This document shows, in pieces, positions 23,601 through 34,842 of a stretch of DNA of 64,000 bases (within the stretch, counting starts at the first letter, position 1; each line of letters begins with the position of its first letter). The translations under genes and the position numbers were made by a program. The notes under the pieces were generated by a model. The model saw only the letters and a program-made list of their open reading frames with translations, had not been told where the DNA came from and did no database searches. Source of the DNA: Camelus dromedarius (taxonomy: Eukaryota); assembly GCF_036321535.1 (NCBI RefSeq), contig NC_087472.1, forward strand, positions 96,846,001 through 96,910,000, in the 5' to 3' direction.

Positions 23601-25729
23601 TTTTTATGTAGCCTCAGCAGCCTTCTCTGGGGTACATGTACAATTTCCAGTGGGCCTTTTGAAATCTGGAAATACTGTGGAGGGTCCAAGGTGGCCCAGG
23701 TCAGGAACCCAGTGCTATAGTGTGGTCCTCCTGATCGTAGCTCTTTGTTGTCCCCGATTCCAGTGAACAAGGGGAGAAGGGTCGCCTTCAGCTCCACATC
23801 GTTGCTGAAAATGGCTCCCAATGCTGAGGAGAGGACAACCATACATGAGATGTTTCTTAGCACGCTGGATCCAAAGTAAGTCAGCATGGTGAGACTCCAG
23901 GCTGGGAAAGCATGTAAACCTTGGCCTTCTCCAGAGCTGCACTTGGCTTGAACATATTGGGAGGTGTTTGTAAATATTTTACTTTTCAGCAGCAAAATCA
24001 TGGCACTAACAGGGTTTACTCAATCTGTATTTGTACAGGACTATAAGTTTTCAAAGTCGAGTTTTGCCGCCTAATTCGGTGTGGATGGAAAATTCCAAAC
24101 TGAAGAGCTTGGAAATTTGCCACCCTCAGGTATTAGAATTTAGTGAAAGGTCTTCTAAACAGGGTAACTTGGATTTATGACACTCATCTGAGATTTGACA
24201 CACTTTTAAACTGACCTCTGTTCTATGGCATTCCTTTGTTCTATAGATTAGGGGTGGTCACAGGCTTGTATTTATTGATACTTATGTCTTCTAGGAGCGG
24301 AACATTTTCAATCGGATCTTTGGTGGTTTCCTTATGAGGAAAGCATATGAACTTGGATGGGCTACTGCTTGTAACTTCGGGTGAGTTAGATTTAAGGTAA
24401 TTGTAACTTCTGAGAAGCCGTTTATATGACCTGACTCAGTGAAGCATTTTGGACTAGTCTGGATGTGTTTGGGAATATATTATATTTTTGAATAAATGCC
24501 ACGCTGATACCAGCTGGGTTTGGTCTTCATTTTAGAAGGCTCTTGCTCTGGTTTTGTAAGTTAGTGCATCAAAGACCTACTGAGAAAAGGAGGTGATGAT
24601 ATGCAGAAGGGGAAAGATGCAGTGATTTTTGGCACTGATGTGGTCACAATGGCATCTCTTACTGTTTCTCATTGGCATGATTATCTCCTCCTTCTCTAGG
24701 TTTATGCTTTGATCATTTAAATTTTGCTTCAGCTGATTGTTAGGGAAAGACTAGACATCATCTGAATTTTGCCCTTGACCCCAGCGATGCTGTCTTTCCC
24801 CGATAGTGGTTCCCGACCGTTTGTCGTAGCCGTGGATGATATCATGTTTCAGAAACCTGTTGAGGTTGGGTCATTGCTGTTCCTTTCTTCACAGGTAGGT
24901 GTGCGGTGAGAGATGAAATACAATTTTGTATCGTTGGGGCCTAGGAAAGAAGTTCTTATATTCTTAAGTCACTGTTTCTCTTCTGATTGTTTTCTTCCCC
25001 CTTTTCGGTGTGACTAACCATCATGTTTGAAATCTTAGGTTTGCTTTACTCAGGAGAATTACATTCAAGTCAGAGTCCACAGTGAAGTGGCCTCTCTTCA
25101 GGATAAAGAGCACATGACCACCAACGTCTTTCATTTCACATTCATGTCAGAGAAGGAAGTGCCCTTGGTTTTCCCCAGAACATACGGAGGTAAGCAGCAA
25201 TGGCTGCTTGTCCCTAAGGAGGGAAACATTTAAAGATGTTTTTCTCCTTTTAAATTGTTGTGGGAAGTACTCTGATGCCCATCAGCCCGAGAGTGTATCT
25301 TTAGGGGATTGTGCTTTAGAGGTTCTGTGGCCCTGAAGGCCTGGATGCCCTGTGGCCCTCAGGTGCCCATTGCTGCTTTGCCCACCTGGCTGTTGTCTGA
25401 AGGGCTGGTGTCAGCTACAAGCAGCCACTGGTGGTCAGGACTGGCCCAACCAAAGGGAAGGGGCAGGAGTTGAGGCTCACTCCCTTGGGGACATTGTGTG
25501 TTCCCTGGCGCAGTGGGGCATGCCTGGCGCTGGTTTTGCATTCTCGTTGCCGTTCTGGTATTCCCAAGTAGTTTTGTGTTTGTGCACTGATTTTCTAAGG
25601 TGCTATAGGTTTATCCAGGGCCCTCTCTCCTGTGTTCCAGAGTCCATGTTGTATTTAGATGGGCAGCGGCATTTCAACTCCATGAGTGTACCAGTGACCT
25701 TGAACAAGGAATACCTCGTGGAGCCCTAG
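5087..25729 (+). CDS. ACOT9: Acyl-CoA thioesterase 9, mitochondrial; join(5087..5106,7220..7317,8296..8322,8937..8982,11014..11184,11444..11481,15543..15626,16014..16117,20209..20282,23203..23270,23764..23875,24039..24129,24295..24380,24807..24894,25039..25189,25641..25729)
   Basis: The exons join in phase to 1347 nt = 448 aa + TAG (MRRTALRLCTWSKG...GRILEDLDSLGVLICY...ERNIFNRIFGGFLMRKAYEL...YLVEP*). This matches mammalian ACOT9 (double hotdog fold, Arg-rich N-terminal presequence). Confidence 0.97.
5616..5667. repeat. (GT)26 microsatellite in ACOT9 intron 1
   Basis: Perfect dinucleotide run. Confidence 0.97.
7220..7317 (+). CDS. ACOT9: ACOT9 exon 2 (LCTWSKG...FHIRE)
   Basis: Acceptor ttttatag; 98 nt; non-canonical donor AAG|GCAAGC. 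Confidence 0.92.
8296..8322 (+). CDS. ACOT9: ACOT9 27-nt cassette microexon (ACSPIHVNH)
   Basis: ttttccctttatccgtatag|CATGTTCACCTATACATGTGAATCACG|gtgtgt; phase 1-1 and frame-preserving; resembles the 9-aa insert of the long ACOT9 isoform. Confidence 0.85.
8937..8982 (+). CDS. ACOT9: ACOT9 exon 4 (VRDKLREIVGASTNWR)
   Basis: ttttag acceptor; AG|gtacgc donor. Confidence 0.95.
9430..9598 (+). mobile_element. 5'-truncated L1 3' end (artiodactyl type)
   Basis: atagcacagggaactatattcaatatcttgtaataacc...actgaatcact...aataaataaa. Confidence 0.75.
10579..10598. repeat. (AG)10 microsatellite
   Basis: agagagag... run. Confidence 0.85.
11014..11184 (+). CDS. ACOT9: ACOT9 exon 5 (DHVKAMEERK...QNTVR)
   Basis: ctcag acceptor; AAG|gtaaca donor; within ORF 10988..11188. 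Confidence 0.96.
11444..11481 (+). CDS. ACOT9: ACOT9 exon 6 (FGRILEDLDSLG)
   Basis: cacag acceptor; GAG|gtactg donor; hotdog-domain motif. Confidence 0.95.
11914..12179 (-). mobile_element. Young 5'-truncated L1 3' end nested in an older L1
   Basis: Close match to 55470..55690; poly-T head; TSD acgctaatactt / acactaatactt. Confidence 0.85.
13491..13640 (+). mobile_element. tRNA-Ala-derived camelid-type SINE (Vic-1-like)
   Basis: GAGGGAGGGTATAGCTCAGTGGTAGAGC...GGTCCTGGGTTCAAGC (A/B boxes), A-rich tail, TSD aaagCAtcta / aaagTGtcta. Confidence 0.88.
13744..13772. repeat. Interrupted (CA)n microsatellite
   Basis: cacacacacacatacacacacacacacac. Confidence 0.85.
15543..15626 (+). CDS. ACOT9: ACOT9 exon 7 (VLICYMH...ALVDKI)
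   Basis: ctacag acceptor; TTG|gtaagt donor. Confidence 0.96.
16014..16117 (+). CDS. ACOT9: ACOT9 exon 8 (DMCKKS...IQMFQ)
   Basis: tgtag acceptor; CAG|gtgcgt donor. Confidence 0.96.
16445..16890. mobile_element. MaLR solo LTR (MLT1-like)
   Basis: ggtggcttgaaacaacagaaatt...cttataaggaca...ggattaagggcc...gggttaggacttcaacata...cacaattcaacccataaca. Confidence 0.8.
19045..19238. mobile_element. MER20-like hAT DNA transposon remnant
   Basis: ctatttctcaac ... gtcccctagggggtgg...gttgaggaccactg ends. Confidence 0.6.
20209..20282 (+). CDS. ACOT9: ACOT9 exon 9 (LHGNEF...DSENKG)
   Basis: ctctag acceptor; AGG|gtaatt donor. Confidence 0.96.
23203..23270 (+). CDS. ACOT9: ACOT9 exon 10 (PAFVNP...FRQGE)
   Basis: Long polypyrimidine tract + ag; AAT|gtatat donor. 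Confidence 0.94.
23764..23875 (+). CDS. ACOT9: ACOT9 exon 11 (LNKGRR...TLDPK)
   Basis: ttccag acceptor; AAA|gtaagt donor. Confidence 0.96.
24039..24129 (+). CDS. ACOT9: ACOT9 exon 12 (TISFQSR...ICHPQ)
   Basis: gtacag acceptor; CAG|gtatta donor. Confidence 0.96.
24295..24380 (+). CDS. ACOT9: ACOT9 exon 13 (ERNIFNRIFGG...ACNFG)
   Basis: ttctag acceptor; CGG|gtgagt donor. Confidence 0.96.
24807..24894 (+). CDS. ACOT9: ACOT9 exon 14 (GSRPFVV...LSSQ)
   Basis: gatag acceptor; CAG|gtaggt donor. Confidence 0.96.
25039..25189 (+). CDS. ACOT9: ACOT9 exon 15 (VCFTQEN...PRTYG)
   Basis: cttag acceptor; GAG|gtaagc donor. Confidence 0.96.
25641..25729 (+). CDS. ACOT9: ACOT9 terminal coding exon (ESMLYLD...YLVEP*)
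   Basis: ttccag acceptor; TAG at 25727..25729. Confidence 0.96.
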
Positions 25730-25916
25730 GAAGACTACACTTGTTGGAGACCAGCGCCCTGCAGTGACACAATGCCTGATGGAGGCCTGAGCAAGTGTAT
25801 TGGTTTTAGTATTTATTCTCATCCTCCATAGAGAAGAATGTATTTAGCTTTTAGGATGACCAGAAAAGCGGAACGAAGAGAATGGCTGGGTGGGGCAGAA
25901 GGAGAAAGAGTTAAAC

Positions 25917-25922
25917 AATAAA
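25917..25922 (+). terminator. ACOT9 polyadenylation signal AATAAA
   Basis: First canonical hexamer, ~190 nt after the stop codon. Confidence 0.7.
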
Positions 25923-27946
25923 TACTTTCAAGACAATTTAAATTGAGAACCTACTGTGTTGCCTCCTGTCTGCTAAGGAAATTAAGACAGAATGCCTTTT
26001 TACACAATTGGAAACATTCTTTTCTTATGCATACTGCAACTGTCAGTCTACAGTTTCCTGCCAGGGCATTTGAGGGGCATCCTTTAAACCTGACCTTTGC
26101 AGCAGTTCCCCTGTATTGAAATCCCATCACCCTACATGATTCCTTTATATTTTTGCCTCCTTCTGTTTCCCAGCTTTTGTTGTTAGCAGAGGGTAGATGA
26201 AAAGTTGGGGTGAAGGGATTTGATGAAAGATAACAGCACTTGTGAAGATTTGTGGGAAGCTTCAGATCTTAAAAGTATCCCAAGAGGAGGTGTTCACAGA
26301 TGGCCTAGGTGAGGAGAAGCAGCCCAGTGCTCATTGTTCATTCACCGCACAGCTCTGCAGCGCACTCTGCTAGGGGCTGGGCGGTGCGTGTCTGATGAGC
26401 ACGATGCAGAGCCACGGCAGGAACGGCTGCTTCTGCTTACGGAGCACTTGCCGTGTGCTAGGTGGGCGCTCTCCTGGGCATGTGACATGTATTAGCCCAT
26501 TAAGTTTTTCCACCAACACTCTGAGCAGGTTCTGTAATCTGCTCAGAGGGTTTGGCCACTCAGGAAGCTGAAGCACGGAGAGGTTAAGTAACTTGCTTCA
26601 ACTCCCACAGCTAGTAGGTCGTGGCACTGGGATTCAGAACCAGCTAGTGTGGGGCCCGGGTACTGCTTTCTGGGACTATAGCAAGGGGAGCCAGGCCCAG
26701 TATCACAGTGCCACCCAGGATCCCCAAGGGATTCTCAGGAGTCTGCAGCCGAGACACAGTGTCTTCTTTGATGGGACGGTAAGTTGACCAAGTTCAGAAG
26801 AGAAGAAACCCAGGTCGCAGAGAGGAAAAAAGTCATCTCCATAAAGGTATTATTTCCAGGAAGGAAACAGTCTTGAGTGAGTGTGGGTTCTAGATCAGCG
26901 GTCACAAACTTGGCTCTGCCTCAGAATTGGCCAGAATACTTTTTTAAAAAAATTCTTACTAATTTAATGTTTATTGAAATCACAGTTAACATGAATAAGC
27001 ACTTCCGGTGGAAGCAGTCATGGAACAAACACAGCTGCTTCGGGGGCGTGCAGTTTGGCTCACGGATGCCAGCATGTGCTGTGTGGTAGTAGCTTGGCAC
27101 CGGTGCTCGCCTCCCCGCGCCATCCCTACGCCCTCCAGAGCTCCACCTGGCCTTCAGGCCGGCATTTTGCAGATCTGCCTGTAAGCCGGTGGGGACCCTG
27201 AGGTGGCTAACTGGAAGGGACGGGCCCTGGAGAGTTGTGTGAATGTGTTAAGTGGAGTTCAGTTAAGCGACCTACTGTGTGCTGGTGTGCACTGTGCATT
27301 TAGCCGTTTATTGCTGTACACTGAACCTTTTGCTTGAACTTTTCTTGCGGTTATAAGAAGTGTTACGGTAAATATCCTAAAGATAAAACATTTAATCCTT
27401 AAATTATTCCTTCGGAAAATTGTTGAAAAGTGATACTAAATAGTACGCATACATTCAAGGCTTTGAATCTGTATTTCATATAACCCTCCATTCACTTAAC
27501 ACTTCACTTCACATCCACTTAAGCAATTTCCCTGAACTTTGCCATATTTTATCCTTTACTTCTAAAAACATTTTTGCCATTTTTATAGGTGAAAAATGAC
27601 ATTCATTAATTGCCGTTCTTCGAATTCCACTGAGATTGAACTTTAAAAAATCTCTGATTGTCTTTCTAGTCAAATTACTTGTTTGAGTAATTTTGGGTGT
27701 CAGATTTTTAACTCAAAATCTGTTACCTACCAGTGAAAGTTTTTATATGATAAGAACTAGAGATTTTTATATTTAATATAGGACTTTAAGAAGATGAGAT
27801 AATATGAAGCCAACTCCGCAAGATAAACAGTAGATTCTACATGTTTAGTGTTCACTCCCTCTTCGTTAAGGAATAGTGGACTTTTAACCAGTACCAGCAC
27901 AGCTGCGTATTTACTGTGGAATTCCCTAGTGTGGGTTGGACATAGT

Positions 27947-28337
27947 TTTTTTTTTAATTGAAGTGTAGTCTATTTACAGTGGTAGTTTCAGGTATACAGC
28001 AAAGCGATTCAGTTATACATATTTACATACATACATATATGTATTTTCAAATTATTTTCCATTACAGCTCGTTACAAGAGATTGAATATAGTTCCCTGTG
28101 CTATACAGTAGAAATTTGTTGTTTATCTATTTTAATGTGTATCTGTTAATCCCAAACTCCTAATTCATCCCTCCCTGCCTTCTCCCCCTGGTAACCACAG
28201 TTTGTTTTCTGTTGCTGTGAGTATTTCTGGTTTGTAAATAAAATTTGTATCTTTTTTTTCTTAAGATTCCACATATAAGCGACATCATATGATACTTGTC
28301 TTTGTCTGACTTACTTCACTTAATACGATAATCTCTC
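27947..28337 (-). mobile_element. L1 3' end
   Basis: Poly-T, then attgaagtgtagtc...ttccctgtgctatacagtag...gattccacatataag; TSD gtgggttgga(c)atagtttt. Confidence 0.82.
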
Positions 28338-29412
28338 AGTGGGTTGGAATAGTTTTGTATTGAGTAGTTTGTGCTGACATACCACATTTTACTTCAGGCA
28401 TTTCTTACCATCTTCTTAGTTTTTGCTTAGGTCTTTCTTCACTGAGCAATCTTTGAGGATGGTGTCTATAAAAGAGTTCGGTTCATGTTAGTACACTTTG
28501 CACTGTGTTGTGTGTGCCCGGGTGACACTGTAACCCGAATATGCTACAAGTCTGCCCATTCCCTTTGCTACCTGCATTCTCTGCGATCTGCTTTCTCTCC
28601 TCTCTTTGAACTGAGTCAGTAGCTTGATTCCTGAAGAACTGAGGTTCTCCTTCCACCCCCAGGCCCAGGAAGTTCAAAATTTTATTTTTCTTTTTGGTGA
28701 GTTTGTGTAGAGAAAAAAGCATTTCATCTTTTTAAAGACACATTTGATTCTGTGGGGTGGCTGGGTTCATTTGGGAGGTTCTTTGTTCCGTGTGGCATTG
28801 GCTGGGGTCCCTCAGGCACCTGTGTTCAATCGGGAGCTCGTCTGGGGCTGGAACATCTGGCACCTCAGCTGGGGTGGCTGGAGTGGGTAGGGGCCAACCA
28901 GGCCACTCTAACAGGCTGGTTGGATTTCTTAAATGGTAGCTTATAGGTTCCAAGGACAACCAGTCAGATTCCTAGCTCCTCAATATGTCGCCCTCCTGTC
29001 TCTCAAAGCCATTTTTGTGGAGGGAATGATCAGCAGTGTCATGGAATTCACAGAGATGAGCCCTGGGAAAAGGCCACCAGTTTGATGATTGAGAAGTCAT
29101 TGGTGAGAAAAAAGCAGTTAAAAAGCGATGGTGTCTAGGGCTTGATGGCAAGGGGCTGAGTAATTGCAAGTGCCCAGCTCTCCTGGGTGAATTTCTTGGA
29201 CACTGGTGAAATGCTCTTTCATAACCATTCTATATGTTTATATAAAACAATTTTTATCAGATTTACAAAATGTCTTATAAACATTTTATTGACAAGTAAC
29301 ATTGGGAAACACTGCATAGGATACCTCTCCTTTGGTGTTCTATAAAAGTGCATATTAGCTTATAAAAGACTCATTGAAATGTAGGGCTGTAAGAACACCT
29401 GTTTAACTTTTT

Positions 29413-29533
29413 TTTTTGGCGGAGCTGGGGAGGTAATTAGTTTTATTTATTTTTAGAGGAGGTACTGGGGATTGAACCCAGGAGCTCATGCATGCTGAGC
29501 ATGTGCTCTACCGCTTGAGCTGTACCCTCCCTC
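29413..29533 (-). mobile_element. tRNA-Ala-derived camelid-type SINE
   Basis: Same family as 13491; TSD tgtttaacttttt on both sides. Confidence 0.88.
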
Positions 29534-30532
29534 CTTGTTTAACTTTTTAAATCAGCTTTTGTGAAATTTAACTTGATCATGGACTTTTTGTTGTTGTTAA
29601 TACATGTGAATAAACCGAACACACTAGAAGTTTTCATAATTTTTACAAAGCCAGAACGATACTCTGTATTCTACTTTGTAACATGAAAAGGCAGGATTAT
29701 ATATTGTCAAAGTATGTATATTGTCAAATCATTATTCCCTTGCTATGAAGAATCAAATAGTAGTATTATGTTTCTTAAAAACAGATTTAGGACAATATTT
29801 TAGATCTGACTGACTCTCCAGCTTGCCAGGGTTGACAGTCTTACTTTTTAACAGGAGTGTACTTGCTTGCTGTCACTGCTGATGTTTTATAAAATGTTAA
29901 CTGGTAACAATGCATTTAACTTTACAACAGATTCTGAATAATAATTTTTAAGCATTATGACCCTTTATAGATTAAGAGAGGGAGGTGAAAGGAAGTGCAT
30001 CTGGAGGATGGTGAAGGTTAATTTATAAGATATTTGCCTCCATTTTGATACAGAGAATACAAGTTTGTGTTATTCTGTTTCTGTGCAAGAGCCTCAAGCT
30101 GAAATCCAGTGCTTTATGCTTTACCATGAAAACATTTGGAAGTAGAGATTCTTTATTTGGTATATAGAACCCCATGGCAACTTGTATGTTAGTTCAGTGT
30201 GGCAAAAAAATCAGTCACAGAATGTAATCACAAAATAAGAATTTTTATGTATGACTAACACATATTGGATCCTTAGCACTGCGCTAATGACATCAAAATG
30301 GATTTTCTCATTTAATCCTTAAATTTACCATTTGAGGGCAAGACCATTACTCGCTTTTGCAGATGAGGAAAGTTAGGCTCAGAGAAGGAAAGTAACTTCC
30401 CACAGCTCACCCTGTAACTGTTCATAGATGGGGTTATGTGGGTTTGGCCCAGCTTAGGTCTAGAATCTTGGCCCTTTGCCACTTTCATACATATTTTTCT
30501 TAGCTAGTGTGATAAAGGGGTTGTGGTGATTT

Positions 30533-30561
30533 ACACACACACACACACACACACATATATA
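30533..30561. repeat. (AC)n(AT)n microsatellite
   Basis: Direct read. Confidence 0.85.
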
Positions 30562-31858
30562 AAATTTATATCAGAATATAATTAGGTCTCAACTGTAAGA
30601 GACAAGGATGGTTGAAATATTTCTGGCATTTGTTTTAATTTCCTCTTAGAAAAAAATTTGCTACAGTTGTGATTGACTCTAAATTGAATTGTGAATGTTT
30701 TCTCCCTTGGCAACAAATAATGAATTACTTTAAAATAGGTAACAGGAAAGAGGAATTAAAAATACGGATTTGGTAAATTCAAAAACAGATTTAAGGGTTT
30801 TTGACTAATCACATTGCTTCTAGATGAAATTCTTGTGTCATGAGATTATTTTGATCTAAGGAGATCAATCCGAGGTGGCTTTGGGGTCCTTTGGTCCAGC
30901 GGGTGGGTTTCGGGTGGCAGTGTGGCTTGAGAAGTGGTGCTGGCCCGAATGTCCGCACCTGTGAGGTCTCTCCTACATCTGCATCCAGCAAATTCAGGGT
31001 TGGGATGGAGGATTCATCTCTTTGGGTTCTGTTTCTTTCTCCATAAAAGGCGAGGCAGTTTTCTCATTCCAGAGTTTCCTGATTTAGGCTTTCACTTGAT
31101 ATGCCTGTTTGGTTAGTGAAATATTTTAATGACTACATTGTAATGACTACCAATGAACTTTGATCATTTGAAAAATCAAGTTCCATTAAAGATGCATATG
31201 CCAAAGAAAATGGAGCTTCAGAATAAAACAGGTCCTTCTGAAAATCATTCAGTAAGCCAGTGGCATTGAGAAATTAATACTTCAGAGAAAGGATTATAGT
31301 AACAAAAGAAAGGGTAGGATATTTTGGTTTTTGTGTCACAGGAATCGTGCACCTTTAGTGGGATAGTATGTCTAAAACAAATGAACAAAACTGTAATGGA
31401 GGGAAAGTGAAAATTATATATGACAAGGTATTGATATGCCAGGCATTTATTGTATCCTGATTTTTTATATTTACACATATACATATATAAATTTAAGTAT
31501 ATATATATATGTCTTTGTAAAAACAAGAGTGGCCCATTGGTGGGTCATGAAATTTAGTGGATTGTGGCCAACATTACAAAACTAAAAGATCCAACTGTCA
31601 CGCATAGTAACGGTTAAGCGTTGTGTGATACTTGTTATGTTATGCCTCTGCACGGTGCACACACATTTACAGGTGTGCTAGGTCACAATATAAAATGTAC
31701 TTCTAACTGGGTCATGGTCATTGATGGAAGACATACTCTTAGTACAAATTAAGATGCTAACTTGAGTTGTACTTAGTTTTGAATTGGTCTCAATTTTTAA
31801 GTTTTTTTCTTTTTTCCCCCTAAATTAGATTTGTACAAAATAAGGAACACTTGAGAGC

Positions 31859-31991
31859 TTTTTTTTTATTTTGAAGGGAAGGTAATTAGGTTTATTTATT
31901 TATTTACTCTTAGAGGAGGTACTGGGGATTGAACCCAGGACCTTGTGCATGCTAAGCATGCACTCTACCACTTGAGCTATACCCTCCCCCC
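31859..31991 (-). mobile_element. tRNA-Ala-derived camelid-type SINE
   Basis: Same family; imperfect TSD aacacttgagag / aacatttgagtg. Confidence 0.88.
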
Positions 31992-33489
31992 AAAAAACAT
32001 TTGAGTGTTAGTTGTTGCTCTTCTAGTTTATCTTGAAAGGGGGCCTCAGGACAAAGCAGTTGGAATTTTGGTGTATCGGGCGCCCTCTCGTGGCCATTGG
32101 GTTACAGTGAAATGTAACTCCATTTGATACAAAACTTGCAATTTTTTTTTCCTGAGGTCCTGGCTGAGCTGTACAGGTGGCCAGAGCTGGAAGTTAAGGA
32201 ACTCACACCTGCAGATTCAGTTTTTACCTTCCGTCTATTGTTGGCCACACACTGAACCTCTAACCCTAGCCAGTCAACTCTAAACTGTGTGCCATCTCCC
32301 AGTAGATCATCATGAGAGGAGAACCAGTCAACGCTTTTCTCTTGAGGTTGGGTCACAAGTGCTGCCTTTTTACAGGAGAGTACATTAGCACCTGATACAG
32401 CCTTCACTGGAGGAGTGGGAAGTGGACTTGTACCTCCCCTTCTTTGTGACACGTTTCTCATCTCTGTCTTTCCTTGTCGTTGCTCTTGTTGGCCTTGGAG
32501 CCAACACAGAAGTCAGCATTTTTAGCACTTACCGTATTGCTCTTTTTAACCTGCTGATTTCCTTTGGGAGACTGTGGGCTTCTTGAGGAAAGGGATTGTG
32601 TCATATCCTTTTACCTGTATTGCCAGCACAGTACCTTGCACTTGTGCAGGTCATAAATAATTTCTGTATGAACAAATGCATAATTTAGGTGAATTTGGGT
32701 GTAACTTGGCTTTTGGATTTATTTAAAAAATTTTAAGCTTAAGCCTCAGGAAGGTAGATCTTTAAAAATGTATTTTTAGGATTTTACATAAGTGTACAAC
32801 ATTATGCCCAAATTGTGTTAATAATGGAATTGGTACACACTGCTTTGCTATCTAAGACTAAATACATAGTAACTATGATAAGCATTTTTTCTTTTAAAAG
32901 CTAAGTAAAAAATTCAGTGATTTTAGAGGAGTGTGCATGTATGTGTATGTATATGTGTAATATGTATATATACACAAACATATGAATATGCACACAGACA
33001 CCCTCACACACCCTGGCATGGTGACCTTTATGGAGCTATTCACCTGAAATATGCATTTCCTCCCATTCATATATTAGTTAATTCTATTCAAAGAAATTTC
33101 AGTGACATAGTGTTGTCAGAAAGTTCATGGGTAACAAAATACAAGGATGCATTCCATGATATCATATGGGGGAGTTAAGAGTATAAAAATATCATTAACT
33201 AACAGAATAGTGGTTAATGTATTTGAGAAAAAAATATAAAACCTGGAAGTCTACTGACAGCTGGAGTTAAGGATGTAGGATTAGGTATACCCTTGGATAT
33301 GGAGGAAATGATGGGAGTGGGGGAATGATTCCTTGCATGAAATTCTGGAGACGTAAGAAATCCTTGAAAGAGCTGTCCGCCACAACCACTGTGAAGCTCA
33401 GGACGCTGGCAAGGCTTACCTGCGAAGTATTCAATAGATCAGAAATGTGAGGGAGAAGCAGGGCTTTATTTGTATTTATGAATCATTTC

Positions 33490-33795
33490 TTAAATTGAAG
33501 TATAATTTACAATGTTGTGTTTCAGGTATCCAGCAGTGATTCATTCTTTATATAGTTCAGATTCTTTTCCATTATAGGTTACTACAAGACATTGAATAGT
33601 TCCCCATGCCATATAGTAGGTCCTTGTTTATCTATTTTATATATAGTAATGCATGTATATGTTAATCCTAAACTCCCGATTTATCTTCCCACCCCCTGCT
33701 ATCCCCTTTCGTAACTATAAGTTTGTTTTCTGTATTTGTGACTCTAGTTCTGTTTTGTAAGTAAGTTCATTTGTACCATTTTTTTTAGATTCCAT
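33490..33795 (-). mobile_element. L1 3' end
   Basis: Homologous to 27947..28337. Confidence 0.75.
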
Positions 33796-34749
33796 ACTTG
33801 GAACATACTTTGCTGTAGTGAAGGGTTATAAATGGCTGTTGAATTCCCATGTCCACATGCATGTCACTAATCACTTGCCATTTATGACAGAACTTGAGTG
33901 TCAGCCAGGAGGCTAGTACACCCCCAATTCTAGTGATGGCCTCCCCTGGGGTGAGGAGCTTTTTGTCAGTGTTGAGAATGGATTAGCATGGAAGACAGGA
34001 TGAGGCAAATTCTCTTGGGTCCTTTTACTACATGGCATGTCTATAGATAATTATAGTAAAGCCGCTGCCATATTGGGGTGGTAAATGGGGTGATGGAATA
34101 GCACTGGAGTTCAGCTTTATATGTGGTTGTGAATAGTTGGCTACATATATTTAGTGATTCAACTTTTATTTGTTAAACTAAATATAAACATATTGTTACT
34201 TATAAATTTGGTATAAGCTGAAAATGTGAATTTAGAAAAAAAGGGGGGTCCAAAGGACTTTGTTGTATCTGGAGCAGTGAGCTCTGGGGTCAGCTGTCCC
34301 TACCACATGCTATGGAGGGGACTGTGCTCAAAACCTCTTCTTTCCAGCCTCCCAAAGGTACAGAGAGATGAGCCACTGTGGAGTCTTAAGAGCCCAGAAA
34401 CTAGAATTAGCCTGTTTGGGTTCAAAGACTGATTGTACCTTTGCTAGACAGCTATTTCTTCATCTGTAAAATAAAGAACTCAAAGAGTCGCTGTGAGAAT
34501 TGAGTAAAATAACACCTCTAACCTCCTAACGACGCCTGGCACCTGGCATGTACTCCATTAATGTTAGTTACTATTGCTGTTACTAATTTGAGTTAATCTG
34601 ACATTTCTTATTTTGGAAAGATAGAGAATAACTGTCTACCTTTTGGCATCAGTGTCTAACTTGAACACTAAGTGTCTTTGGACTCTGACATGGATTTTTA
34701 TATTCAAGAAATTAGTGCTGTAACACAGTGTGGTAATACAATGGTGAAC

Positions 34750-34755
34750 TTTACT
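34750..34755 (-). terminator. PRDX4 candidate variant poly(A) signal AGTAAA
   Basis: 36 nt after the stop codon; no AATAAA was noticed in the immediate 3' UTR. Confidence 0.5.
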
Positions 34756-34791
34756 GAGAAGTTTCAAGCATCATGACCTGAGGAAGTATTT

Positions 34792-34842
34792 TCAGTTCAG
34801 TTTATCGAAATACTTCAGTTTTCCAGCTGGATCTGGGATTAT
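34792..34842 (-). CDS. PRDX4: PRDX4 exon 7 ([16 protein letters not shown])
   Basis: ttaacag acceptor; TGA at 34794..34792. Confidence 0.96.
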   Translation of the reverse strand: MIPDPAGKLKYFDKLN

